Assembly: GCA_001772335.1 (NCBI GenBank)
Contig: METM01000029.1
Coordinates: forward strand, 8,401-72,400
Reading direction: 5' to 3'
Length of the DNA: 64,000 nt
From: a candidate division WOR-1 bacterium RIFCSPHIGHO2_01_FULL_53_15
Lineage (GTDB): Bacteria > Margulisbacteria > WOR-1 > O2-12-FULL-45-9 > XYB2-FULL-48-7
A program made the translations under genes and the position numbers. Of the stretch, positions 36,396 to 45,600 are shown in pieces. Below the pieces are notes generated by a model. That model searched no databases. It had not been told where the DNA came from and worked only from the letters and a program-made list of their open reading frames with translations. Every line of letters begins with the position of its first letter. Positions within the stretch are counted from its first letter, which is position 1.

Positions 36396-37978
36396 TGATA
36401 CACCCTGTAATCAATGTCCGGAAAGATATTGTCTTTGTACTCAATATCCGACAGCCAGGGTGAGTCGATCGAATTGGACTTGATGGCGTCGTAAATTTTG
36501 GTGAACCGCTCGATGTGGTCCTTTGTTCTCTTGTAGGCGTAAGGAACGACCGTCCCCGTCTTGAAGATGAAGGCCCAGTCGGAGGATTGGGCCAACAGTA
36601 ACTCCCGCGCCGCCTGGTTGAGCGCTCGCTGAAGCAAACCGTCCGCCGCCGGGTAGCTCTGCGCCAGCTCGACCATCCGGTCGGCCGCCTTGTGGAGATA
36701 GCGGTAGATCCAGTCGTTTGACCCTTCGAGCCAGACCTCGTTGTAGCCCTGCCAGCCCCAGGACGACATCGAGGGGGTAACGATCTGGTTGCGCGGATGC
36801 CAGTCGAGATATTCTGACGGCGTGACGAGCTTGATCGTCTTCTGGTCGCAGCTGATCTTGCGGATCAGGAAATTTAGCCAGTCAGGGCCTTCGAACCACC
36901 AGTGGCCGTAAAGCTCCGCGTCATAAGGCGAGACGATGATCGGCTTCTTGCCGAGAAAGTCATGGAGGTGCTCAATCTGCTTTTCGCGGTTGAACATAAA
37001 ATTGCCGGCGTGCGCAGCGGCGGTATCCATCGCCCACTGTTTAATATACGGCTCTTTGAAAGCCAGATCGACGCGGCCGGTGATTCGGTGGTATTTGATG
37101 CCGGTGTTGATCCGCGTCCCATCGCTGTGGATATAGGGGCGGATGTAATCGTAATCAAGATCGAAACCGATATCGCGGTAGAATTCCCGGTAATTATAGT
37201 CGCCGGGGTAGCCCTCCTCCGCGCTCCAGACCGCTTTTGAGGATTCCATGTCGCGGCCGAAAGCGGCCACCCCCGACTTGCAATAGACGGGGGCAAAGAC
37301 GCCGTATTTGGGGCGCGGCGTGCCGTGCAGGATGCCGTGCGTGTCAGTGAGAAAATAGCGGATCCCCGCTTCTTTCAGGAATTCGTCGTGGCCCGGATGA
37401 TAGCCGCACTCCGGCAGCCAGATCCCCCTGGCGCGCCGTCCGAAAAGCTTTTCGTACTGCGCCGCCGCGACCATGATCTGTGCCCGCACCGCTTTTGGAT
37501 TAATATCCATGAGCGGCAGGAAGCCGTGAGTCGCCCCGCAGGTGATGATCTCGAGTTTCCCCAGGTCCTGGAATTGCTTGAAGGCGTTGACGAGGTTGCG
37601 GCCCCACTTGCCGGTAAAGAGCGAGCGCGCCTCGATGAAGGTCTGGTTGTACATCTTGGCCAGCTCGTGGAACTGCGCCTGCCAGCGTGTCCGCTCCATT
37701 TCCTTATAGGTAAGTTCGATCAGCTTATCGAGATGCTTGAGATAGCGTTCCTGCAAAAGCGGGTCGATGAACATCGAGGCGAGCGTCGGCGTGATCGACA
37801 TGGTAAGGCGGAAGTCAACCCCGTCGCTGACCAGGCCTTCGAAAACATTCAAGAGAGGGATATAGGTTTCGGTGATCGCCTCGTAGAACCAGTCCTCTTC
37901 GAGAAAATCCTCGTATTCGGGGTGCCGCACGTACGGCAGATGCGCGTGCAGGACCAGCGCGAGATAACCTTTTTCCAT
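36392..37978 (-). CDS. GH57 family 1,4-alpha-glucan branching enzyme-like protein
   Basis: MEKGYLALVLHAHLPYVRHPEYEDFLEEDWFYEAITETYIPLL is typical of GH57 branching enzymes. About 528 aa after start correction. Confidence 0.8.
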   Translation of the reverse strand: MEKGYLALVLHAHLPYVRHPEYEDFLEEDWFYEAITETYIPLLNVFEGLVSDGVDFRLTMSITPTLASMFIDPLLQERYLKHLDKLIELTYKEMERTRWQAQFHELAKMYNQTFIEARSLFTGKWGRNLVNAFKQFQDLGKLEIITCGATHGFLPLMDINPKAVRAQIMVAAAQYEKLFGRRARGIWLPECGYHPGHDEFLKEAGIRYFLTDTHGILHGTPRPKYGVFAPVYCKSGVAAFGRDMESSKAVWSAEEGYPGDYNYREFYRDIGFDLDYDYIRPYIHSDGTRINTGIKYHRITGRVDLAFKEPYIKQWAMDTAAAHAGNFMFNREKQIEHLHDFLGKKPIIVSPYDAELYGHWWFEGPDWLNFLIRKISCDQKTIKLVTPSEYLDWHPRNQIVTPSMSSWGWQGYNEVWLEGSNDWIYRYLHKAADRMVELAQSYPAADGLLQRALNQAARELLLAQSSDWAFIFKTGTVVPYAYKRTKDHIERFTKIYDAIKSNSIDSPWLSDIEYKDNIFPDIDYRVYQ

Positions 37979-37979
37979 T

Positions 37980-38915
37980 CTATTCCGTTTTTCTTTCGAC
38001 TCTGGGGGTGATCCTGCGGCGCTCGGCGCCGTCGTCGCGGGTGGCCTCGATGGGAATGATCTGGTGCCCGTCGGGCAGAGCGAAGCGCTGGCTAAAAGTC
38101 CCATCCTCGCGCAGGTCGATCTTCCTCCCCTGGACGGTGACGGTGGCCGATGGCTCGGTCGCGCCGTAGACGATCAGTTCGCAGTTGGCGACCAGCCAGA
38201 AGGGCCGCTGGCCCATTTTCCTGACCGGCGATGAGGGTGAAAAAAGCCAGCCCGAAGCCGATTCCTGTTGGAAACGTTTCTTCATCAGCTCTTTGATCTC
38301 TCCGGAACTGCGTCCGACGCCGAAGCCGCCGGAGAGCGCGTACAGCTTGTCCCAGTCGGGTATCATCCATTGTTCGTCGATAACATCCGACATCGTATCG
38401 AGCGGAGTCGTGACGGCGTTGGAGCGGGCGGCGGCGAGAAAGCGGCCGTCGGCGGTCAGAAAACCGATCTCGACAAAATAAGTGCGGTTGGGCGCCGGCA
38501 CCCGGATATACCAGTTGCGCGCTCCGCCGACCTCTATATCATGGTGTTTGCCGCTGTGCGTATCGTAAACTCGCAGGAACAGGCGCGCGCGCGAATATGC
38601 TTCGTCGCCGATCTCCTGCCTGATCTCCCGGCAGCGGTTCTCGTTGACTTCCCAATAGGCGTGGATCCAGTGGGGATCGCGAACCATGAGGACGGCCCTG
38701 TTGTCGCCGTAGCCGGCGGGGAACTCGAACGGCCGCTCCTCGACGAATTTCTGCATGACCGGCCCGGCGTAATATTTGCTTGCTTCGACCCGTTCCTGGG
38801 TCGGCGGCGCGCCCACCGGCCGGGTAGACTCTCGGGCGACTTTCTTTTTGACGGGCGTTTTTCTTTTGGCCGGTTTCTTCTTAACGGTCTTAGCCGTTTT
38901 CTTTTTCAGGGCCAT
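37980..38915 (-). CDS. DUF4912-domain protein with Lys-rich N-terminus
   Basis: VLMVRDPHWIHAYWEV...FLRVYD pattern. This protein is commonly encoded beside GH57 genes (recalled association). Confidence 0.6.
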   Translation of the reverse strand: MALKKKTAKTVKKKPAKRKTPVKKKVARESTRPVGAPPTQERVEASKYYAGPVMQKFVEERPFEFPAGYGDNRAVLMVRDPHWIHAYWEVNENRCREIRQEIGDEAYSRARLFLRVYDTHSGKHHDIEVGGARNWYIRVPAPNRTYFVEIGFLTADGRFLAAARSNAVTTPLDTMSDVIDEQWMIPDWDKLYALSGGFGVGRSSGEIKELMKKRFQQESASGWLFSPSSPVRKMGQRPFWLVANCELIVYGATEPSATVTVQGRKIDLREDGTFSQRFALPDGHQIIPIEATRDDGAERRRITPRVERKTE

Positions 38916-38917
38916 TT

Positions 38918-39181
38918 TTACCTCACTATTTTGACTGAATTATCACTCCCCATCGAGTTATGGGCCAGGCGGTCGGCCTTCGGGTCATTGATCCAGTTGC
39001 CGTCGGCCAAAAACTTATACTCGTATTCGCCCGGCTCCAGGTTCGTCTGGGCTTTCCATTCCCCGAATCTCCCCTTCGTCATGACGATCGCGCCCTGATC
39101 CCAATTCGTGAAATTGCCGGCCAGCTTGACATCGTGAAACTCCTGATTCGCCTTGAGACTGAACGTAACTTTCTTCGCCAT
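38918..39181 (-). CDS. stand-alone glycogen-binding module (CBM48 / AMPK beta-like)
   Basis: 87 aa. VKLAGNFTNWDQGAIVMTKG..GEWKAQTNLEPGEYEYKFLADGNWINDP is the CBM48 signature. Confidence 0.8.
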   Translation of the reverse strand: MAKKVTFSLKANQEFHDVKLAGNFTNWDQGAIVMTKGRFGEWKAQTNLEPGEYEYKFLADGNWINDPKADRLAHNSMGSDNSVKIVR

Positions 39182-40219
39182 CTAGATCTTCACCTCCCTC
39201 AAATATTTCGCGGCTTCTTCCGGAGCCGTCGGATTGATATAGAGGCCGGAGCCCCATTCAAAGCCCGCTTGCTTGGTCAGCCGCGGGATAACCTCGATGT
39301 GCCAGTGATAATCGTACTGGATCGTCCCCCAGTAGTCGGGCTTGCCGGGGCGCGAAACGGCGTTGGGCGCCGTGTGGAGGACATAATTGTACGGCGGGTC
39401 GTTGAGCGTCTTGCGCAGGCGGGCCATTACGTCCTTAAGACAGCGGGCCAGCTGGATCCTCTCCTCGTCCGGCAGCTGCTGGAAGCCGTATTCGTGGCGG
39501 CGCGGCATCAGCCAGAGCTCGAATGGGAAACGCGAAGCAAAAGGGGTAAAGACGACAAAATACTCGTTCTCATAGACCAGCCGCTCGCCGGCGCCCAGCT
39601 CCTGCCTGATCATGTCGCAGAAGATACAGCGCTCCTTCTCCTGGAAATAGAGGCGCGAATTGGTCAGCTCCATCTTGACGTAGCGCGGCGTGATCGGCGT
39701 CGCGATGAGCTGGGAGTGCGGGTGCGAGAGCGAGGCGCCGGCCGCCGTGCCGTAATTCTTAAAGACCAGGATATAGCGGAACCTTTTGTCCTTTTCCAGG
39801 TCGACGATCCTCTGCTTGTAGGCCCAGAGGACCTTTTCGACGTGCTCGTCGGGGAGGTCGGGGATGTTTTCGTTGTGCCGGGGCGTTTCGACGATGACCT
39901 CGTGGGCGCCGATGCCGCTCATCATGTCGTAGATCCCCATGCCGGTGCGGTTGACCTCGCCCTCGATGATCAGCGCGGGGAATTTATTGGGGATGACGCG
40001 GACATCCCAGCCGGGCGTGTTGGGCGTCGTCGAGGCCTTGCGCCAGGCGGTTATTTCGGGCGGCGTCTTGCTTTCGTTGCCCTCATCGAAAGGACAAAAT
40101 TTGGCCTCCGCGTTCTCGACCGCCACCGAGACCGTGCCGAAATCGGACGGCCGCCTGCCTCTCTCCGTCGAAATGACGACCCAGCGGTCGGAAATAGGAT
40201 CTTTGCGCAGTTCCGGCAT
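39182..40219 (-). CDS. galT: GalT-type (HIT superfamily) hexose-1-phosphate nucleotidyltransferase / NDP-glucose phosphorylase
   Basis: 345 aa. SHPHSQLIA (HxHxQ) plus N-terminal Cys/His zinc site (CPFDEGNE...). Specificity cannot be read from the sequence. Confidence 0.8.
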   Translation of the reverse strand: MPELRKDPISDRWVVISTERGRRPSDFGTVSVAVENAEAKFCPFDEGNESKTPPEITAWRKASTTPNTPGWDVRVIPNKFPALIIEGEVNRTGMGIYDMMSGIGAHEVIVETPRHNENIPDLPDEHVEKVLWAYKQRIVDLEKDKRFRYILVFKNYGTAAGASLSHPHSQLIATPITPRYVKMELTNSRLYFQEKERCIFCDMIRQELGAGERLVYENEYFVVFTPFASRFPFELWLMPRRHEYGFQQLPDEERIQLARCLKDVMARLRKTLNDPPYNYVLHTAPNAVSRPGKPDYWGTIQYDYHWHIEVIPRLTKQAGFEWGSGLYINPTAPEEAAKYLREVKI

Positions 40220-40233
40220 TTAAATCCCCCTTG

Positions 40234-42381
40234 TTAATCCTCAATCCGCAGAATAATTTTGGTCTTCCACTTTGCGCCCGGCTTGAGCGAAAACTGCCAG
40301 TTAAAGACCAGCGCGGAGCTCTGATACATCTTTTCAAAACCCGATTCGGACTGGGAGACGGTTTCGATCGGAAATCGCCAGAGGTCGGTCGGCCGATCAA
40401 ACGCTAATAATACACTAAATCCTTTCCATTCGTCAACGATTTTTACCTGCTTGATATTTACGGTAACGCCGGCGCTGGCCAGCGTGCGGTCCTCAAGGTC
40501 GGCGCCTTCAATTTCATAATAGCGGTCAGGCGCCCGGCCGGCTAAAAGCGAAAAATTGAATTCCGGCGCGAACCAGAGATCGATCGCCTCATGGCCGGGG
40601 TTCGTCAATTCGTAATTTATCTCCGCGATCGACTGGCGGGCGTAAAGCGAGATCGTTTTTTCGACCTTAAGCGGCTTGCCATTAACTTTCCCCGCCCGCG
40701 AGAGCGTGAGCGAGACCTCGCTGCCGCGCCGCTGGGGCATGAAATCGTAGGGCTGGTCGACAAAATCACCCGCCTCTTCGTATTTAACGCGGCTGAACTT
40801 ATCGAGATCGGTCCCCTCGCCGAGAAAATGGTCGAGGAGCGAAATTCGCCGGTGCCAGTCGTAGACCAGCGCTTTCTCAAGCCCGCTCTCTTTGACCTTG
40901 ACGATCTCGTGGATCGAGGCGGCGCCGCCCTGGCCGTGCGCCTGGGTGGCCGCGTGCATGATCCGGCCGTGGTAGACCTCCTCGCGCCGGGCCAGCGTGT
41001 TAAGCAGGTTAAAATATTTCGGCTTGTAGTCGAGCTCAAAGAGCGCGCCGCCGGCGGCGGGCGAAAAATAGAGGTTGAGCAGGCTGTTCGAGAGGATGAC
41101 CTCGTCGCGCCCGTCTTTGTCGAAATCGGTCACGACAATGTCGGCAAAATCGTCTTTGCCGCGTGAATATTTCTCCATCAGCTGTTCGGCTTTGATCAGG
41201 TGTTCATAGACCGCGTGGCGCAGGTAATTAAGATAAAGGCCGCCGAAGACCCCGTGCCAGTAAGCGCAGTTGCACTGCCCCTGGAACAATTCGTTCTGCG
41301 CATCATTCAGGCGGGCGTCGCGTTCTTTCTCGCCGATCAACGATTTGCCTTTTTTCAATGTCTGCAGTCGCTGGCTGACCTGGAGCATTTTCTTGTGCAT
41401 GTTGTTGGCTTCGGGGTATTTGACGAAGAAGTTGCGGAAAAACCCCCCTTTGAAAAACTGGCCGTATTCTTCGCTTTTGCCCTGGCGCTTGATCTCTTCA
41501 TTCACCCGCTGGAGCTGTTTCCCCGATTCCGTCGGCAGGGACCACTCCATCATCTCGGCGTACGAGGCCGTCGGCAGATACACACGCCCCAGCGCGGGGA
41601 ATTCGTCGAGATATTCCGAGAAGGTCATTGACTCGATCCAGGCGGCGTTGTCCTCGAGCATCGTTAGGAGGCGTTCAAGATAACCTTCTTCAAAGACCCA
41701 CTTGCGCGTCCCCGGCCAGACGCCGAATTTCTCGCCGTCATCGGCCAGGATGCCGGCGGCCGTGCCGTCAACGCTTGCGATCTCGCCGAGATAGCGGATC
41801 GTCTCTTCCGGCAATTTGAAGGGGATGAGATAGCGCAGGTTCTTGTTGATCGGGAAAATTTTGAGCGTTGAGCCCTCTTCCTCGGTCACATAATAGCCCA
41901 TCATCTTATCTTTTTGCGCGCCGGCTGAGATAAAGTGGTAGTCATCGACCGTCACATATTCGATGCCGGTCTTCGCCAGAACTTTCGGCAGATGCGGCTC
42001 CCAGATCCGCTCGGTCAGCCAGAGGCCGCGGGGCGCCTGGCCGAATTTTTCCTTGATGAAATCGTTCGCTTTGCCGATCTGGCCCAGCTTGTCGTCGTCG
42101 GGGATGACCGGGATGATCGGCTCGTAGTAGCCGGCGGTCATGATCTCCGCCTGGCCGCGCTTGACCAGCTTCTTGAGATAGTCGATGAACTCGGGATGTT
42201 TGTCCATGAACCAGTCATAGAGAATGCCGGAATAATGGACGGCGAACTTGATGCGCGGATGGGCATCCATCGCCTGGATGAACGGCAGGTAAGAATTCTC
42301 GTACGCCTCGTCAAAGACATTCTCAAAATTCCCGACCGGCTGGTGGCAATGGACGCCGAATAAAAATTTAACTTTTTTCAT
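40234..42381 (-). CDS. GH57 family alpha-amylase / 4-alpha-glucanotransferase with DUF1925/DUF1926-like C-terminal region
   Basis: MKKVKFLFGVHCHQPVGNFENVFDEAYENSYLPFI is the GH57 N-terminus; 715 aa. Confidence 0.8.
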   Translation of the reverse strand: MKKVKFLFGVHCHQPVGNFENVFDEAYENSYLPFIQAMDAHPRIKFAVHYSGILYDWFMDKHPEFIDYLKKLVKRGQAEIMTAGYYEPIIPVIPDDDKLGQIGKANDFIKEKFGQAPRGLWLTERIWEPHLPKVLAKTGIEYVTVDDYHFISAGAQKDKMMGYYVTEEEGSTLKIFPINKNLRYLIPFKLPEETIRYLGEIASVDGTAAGILADDGEKFGVWPGTRKWVFEEGYLERLLTMLEDNAAWIESMTFSEYLDEFPALGRVYLPTASYAEMMEWSLPTESGKQLQRVNEEIKRQGKSEEYGQFFKGGFFRNFFVKYPEANNMHKKMLQVSQRLQTLKKGKSLIGEKERDARLNDAQNELFQGQCNCAYWHGVFGGLYLNYLRHAVYEHLIKAEQLMEKYSRGKDDFADIVVTDFDKDGRDEVILSNSLLNLYFSPAAGGALFELDYKPKYFNLLNTLARREEVYHGRIMHAATQAHGQGGAASIHEIVKVKESGLEKALVYDWHRRISLLDHFLGEGTDLDKFSRVKYEEAGDFVDQPYDFMPQRRGSEVSLTLSRAGKVNGKPLKVEKTISLYARQSIAEINYELTNPGHEAIDLWFAPEFNFSLLAGRAPDRYYEIEGADLEDRTLASAGVTVNIKQVKIVDEWKGFSVLLAFDRPTDLWRFPIETVSQSESGFEKMYQSSALVFNWQFSLKPGAKWKTKIILRIED

Positions 42382-42383
42382 GA

Positions 42384-43193
42384 TTATATTTCTTCCGGCA
42401 ACGATTTTTTTGCCATTTTTTTGATTCGTTTTTTCGATTCTTTAATGCTTTCCGGGGCCAGCAGATGCTCCAGCATTGTACCGCCTAACTCATTAATGGT
42501 CTGGCGGACTTTTTTGCCGACATCATGATGCGCCCTATTCGCCTTATCCTGCCCAAGGATATTTTCTCTTCTTAACTTTGCCTCCGCCTGTGTGGCGCGG
42601 AAAAGATTGGCGGCCAGCTCTTCGCTCCCCATGTGGTCGAGTATCGCCTGTTTTTTCTTGAGCCGTTTTCTCGCATGGATATCCTTCTGTCGCAAGCCGC
42701 CGTAAAGACCCATGTAGCCGAAATCCTGAAAATTGGCGTAATTAATGACGCCGGCCTCTTTGGCCGCTTTTGCCAGATTTTTATTATGTTCTTTCATCTC
42801 GCCGCGCAAATGCAAGCGTTTATGATCTTCGATCTGCAATTCATGCACTTCCCGCTTTCTGGTCTGGATGGCAAAATAGGTCTGAGCCAGGGCAATTTCT
42901 TCTTTTTTGGGATCACCATTCTGGGCGATGAGATAACAGGCATAGCGGGAAAGGTCGAAATCGTCAATCGCTCGTTCTGCGTCTGAGCCGATCCGGACCA
43001 TTTTCGTGGCGCCACGAAAATGGTCTCCAACATTTTGGCCGCTATTTATGCATGATTCTTTAGCCCGTGAAATAGCGACTTCAAAGTTTTCCCAGCGCGT
43101 ATAACCGAGCGGCAACATTAAATCGCGAGCGCTCCAGTGCTCCTTACCATATTTATTGATTTTTTTAATTTGTTCAAAAACGATATCAGTCAT
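42384..43193 (-). CDS. dinD: DNA damage-inducible protein D (DinD) family
   Basis: 269 aa. HWSARDLMLPLGYTRWENFEVAISRAKESC...YACYLIAQNGDPKKEEIALAQTYFA matches DinD as recalled. Lower GC than its flanks. Confidence 0.65.
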   Translation of the reverse strand: MTDIVFEQIKKINKYGKEHWSARDLMLPLGYTRWENFEVAISRAKESCINSGQNVGDHFRGATKMVRIGSDAERAIDDFDLSRYACYLIAQNGDPKKEEIALAQTYFAIQTRKREVHELQIEDHKRLHLRGEMKEHNKNLAKAAKEAGVINYANFQDFGYMGLYGGLRQKDIHARKRLKKKQAILDHMGSEELAANLFRATQAEAKLRRENILGQDKANRAHHDVGKKVRQTINELGGTMLEHLLAPESIKESKKRIKKMAKKSLPEEI

Positions 43194-43205
43194 CGCTGCT
43201 GCCTC

Positions 43206-45392
43206 CTAAATAAACCACTGTTCCTCTTCATAAGATTCCGTGGGGACCGCGACCGTGATACCCCCGCCCCGCGGCCACCGCTCCAGCTCCTGGCCGTCTT
43301 TGTAGATAACGATGATGAACTCGATCTTCTGGCCGGCTTTCGCGTCTAAAAAAGAGAACGGGATGCCGAGTTCAATTATACGCCCGACGCCGAAGGATTC
43401 AATCTCCTTGATCAGCTCCCATTCATGTTTTTCGTTCAGCCTGTGAAGTTTGAAGATGTAGCGGCCCTCTTCGGCGCCGAACGACAGCTCGGCCTTAGCT
43501 TCGGCCGGCGCGGAAAAAACGACCGCGAACGAATAAGCCCGCGCCTCGTCATTTTTCAGATTGAGATTGACCCCCAGACGGACAAAAAGATCGGTCAGGC
43601 TGAAACCGTAATACAATTCGGCGAGCATCGTTTCGATCTGGTGCATCGCGCCGCGCGCGCGCGCGAGGTCGTAACAGCCGGCTGACAACCATTCGTAATA
43701 ATTGGTGATCTCGCCGTCAAGCGCCGGTTGGATCAGATAGACCGGCTCCTTGACCGGGCGGATAACGCGCGGTTTCTTGATCGGCAGATCGAGCTCCTTC
43801 GGCGGGCGGCGGCCAATGAGGTTGTAAACGTTTTTCAGGTGTTGCCTGAACAGCCCGTCAAAAGCGGCGTCGTTCTCCGACGAGTGGTCGTCGCCGTACC
43901 ACCAGCACCAGTCGGAGCCCTCGGCAATATAGATCTCCTGCCACGCCGTCTTCGTATCGCCGTCCGCGGCGTTCTCTAACGCGAGGCGCGCCTTGTTCAG
44001 GTGGTCCCAGGCGAGATTGTCCTCTTCATGGCCGATCCAGATTTTGAAGTTGTTGTTGATCCACGAACCGGCGAACAGCCGGGAAATCCTTTTCTGCGGC
44101 GGGTTCTCAGCGAGATAGTCGGAGACGCGCGCCGTCCTGATCAGCGGATCGCGCCGGAGGCGGCCGTAGAAGGCATCGAAAAACTCCTTGCCGCCGTCAT
44201 GGTAATATTCCCAGGCGTTCTCGCCGTCGAGGATGACGGAGACGAGATAGCGCCGCCCGTCCTCGGGCAAGCTAACGCGGATATTGTTCAAATGGGAAGT
44301 AAAATCAGTCACCGCGTCCTCGACCCGCCAGCGGTAATAGACAAAACCGATCTGGTCCGAAATAAAATGGTTGCGGAAGATCATGGCAACCGCCTCCCCG
44401 TCATGCTCGATCAGATAGGGCTGGCAGAGCTCGGCCGACGAAAGGGTGCGCGCCTTCATCTCGATTTTATGCAGTGTCCGCTCAAGGACGCCCTCATCGG
44501 TCGCCGCCCACCTGATGCCGGCTTTCCCCATGAGCGTGACGACCTGCTCAGAGACGGAGCCTTCGGCCGGCCACATGCCGCACGGTTTGCGGCCGAAGCG
44601 CTGTTCGTGGAATTCCACCGCGGCCTTTATCTGGGCTTCGGCATCCTTTGGATGGCGGAAGAGCGAACCGGGCAGCTTGACGTAGGGCATCGCTTCTTTG
44701 GCCGCGGCCGAATCGCAGAGCAGAGGCAGGATCGGATGATAGAAAGGCGTCGTCGTTATCTCTATCTGCCCGCGGTCTTCCAGCTCCCTATATTTGGGAA
44801 TGACTTTGCCCATGATCTCCATCTGCTTGTTGATGACGGTCTGCTTGTCATCGCGGGTGAAGTATTTGCCTTTAGCGATCAGCTCCTTGACGGCGGGATC
44901 TTCGTGTTTGGAAATAAAACCGAACCAGGTCAGGTTGAACCAGACCTGGAGGTCAAGGAGCTCCTGCGTTGAAAAGCGCAGGACCACTTTCGCGAGCTCG
45001 GCGTGGGAGACGAAACGGCCGCGCTTGAGCAGGAGGTCCTGATAGCGCGGATAGGGCTTGACCATATTGTCCCAGTTGGCCATAAAGAAATTCTGGAGGA
45101 TAAAGATCCGGTCATCGAACGAGAGGTCGCCCGGCTCTTTGAGCGTCAGGTCAAGAAAGGTATCGGTGACATTGTTATTGACGTAATCTTCGATCTGGAG
45201 GAGCAGCGAGGGAACAAGGTTGAAATTAATTTTGACTTCGGGGAAGCGGTCGAGCACCGCCGCCATGTCATAGTAATCTTTGACCGCGTGCAGGCGCACC
45301 CAGGGCAGGATATATTCGCCCGTCACCAGGTCCTTGTAGAACGGCTGGTGCATGTGCCAGAGAATTGCCAGGGAAACCGGTTGGCTGGTCAT
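43206..45392 (-). CDS. GH57 family protein, long form (amylopullulanase/DUF3536-like)
   Basis: LAILWHMHQPFYKDLVTGEYILPWVRLHAVKDYYDM is the GH57 N-terminus. Start at MTSQP (45392) is preferred; 45440 is possible. Confidence 0.75.
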   Translation of the reverse strand: MTSQPVSLAILWHMHQPFYKDLVTGEYILPWVRLHAVKDYYDMAAVLDRFPEVKINFNLVPSLLLQIEDYVNNNVTDTFLDLTLKEPGDLSFDDRIFILQNFFMANWDNMVKPYPRYQDLLLKRGRFVSHAELAKVVLRFSTQELLDLQVWFNLTWFGFISKHEDPAVKELIAKGKYFTRDDKQTVINKQMEIMGKVIPKYRELEDRGQIEITTTPFYHPILPLLCDSAAAKEAMPYVKLPGSLFRHPKDAEAQIKAAVEFHEQRFGRKPCGMWPAEGSVSEQVVTLMGKAGIRWAATDEGVLERTLHKIEMKARTLSSAELCQPYLIEHDGEAVAMIFRNHFISDQIGFVYYRWRVEDAVTDFTSHLNNIRVSLPEDGRRYLVSVILDGENAWEYYHDGGKEFFDAFYGRLRRDPLIRTARVSDYLAENPPQKRISRLFAGSWINNNFKIWIGHEEDNLAWDHLNKARLALENAADGDTKTAWQEIYIAEGSDWCWWYGDDHSSENDAAFDGLFRQHLKNVYNLIGRRPPKELDLPIKKPRVIRPVKEPVYLIQPALDGEITNYYEWLSAGCYDLARARGAMHQIETMLAELYYGFSLTDLFVRLGVNLNLKNDEARAYSFAVVFSAPAEAKAELSFGAEEGRYIFKLHRLNEKHEWELIKEIESFGVGRIIELGIPFSFLDAKAGQKIEFIIVIYKDGQELERWPRGGGITVAVPTESYEEEQWFI

Positions 45393-45457
45393 TATTTTTT
45401 GTCTTTCCCCATTCGTGAAATGAGCTTCAGCGAAGTGCATTCGTGAAGCGTTACATA

Positions 45458-45580
45458 TTACTTCCTTTCCGACATCGCGATGCCCTTATTGATGACCCAC
45501 ATGGCGAACAAGAGGCCAACGACCGTGATAAAAACTATCGTGCCGCAAATAATCAGCGTGATCAATATCCCTGTATCCAA
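45458..45580 (-). CDS. possible 40-aa single-TM peptide
   Basis: TTG start preceded by GGGGGTG SD (5 nt spacing). (M)DTGILITLIICGTIVFITVVGLLFAMWVINKGIAMSERK. It fits the thyX/GH57 gap. The longer ORF would overlap thyX. Confidence 0.3.
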   Translation of the reverse strand: MDTGILITLIICGTIVFITVVGLLFAMWVINKGIAMSERK

Positions 45581-45600
45581 TTGACACCCCCTTGCCCGAG

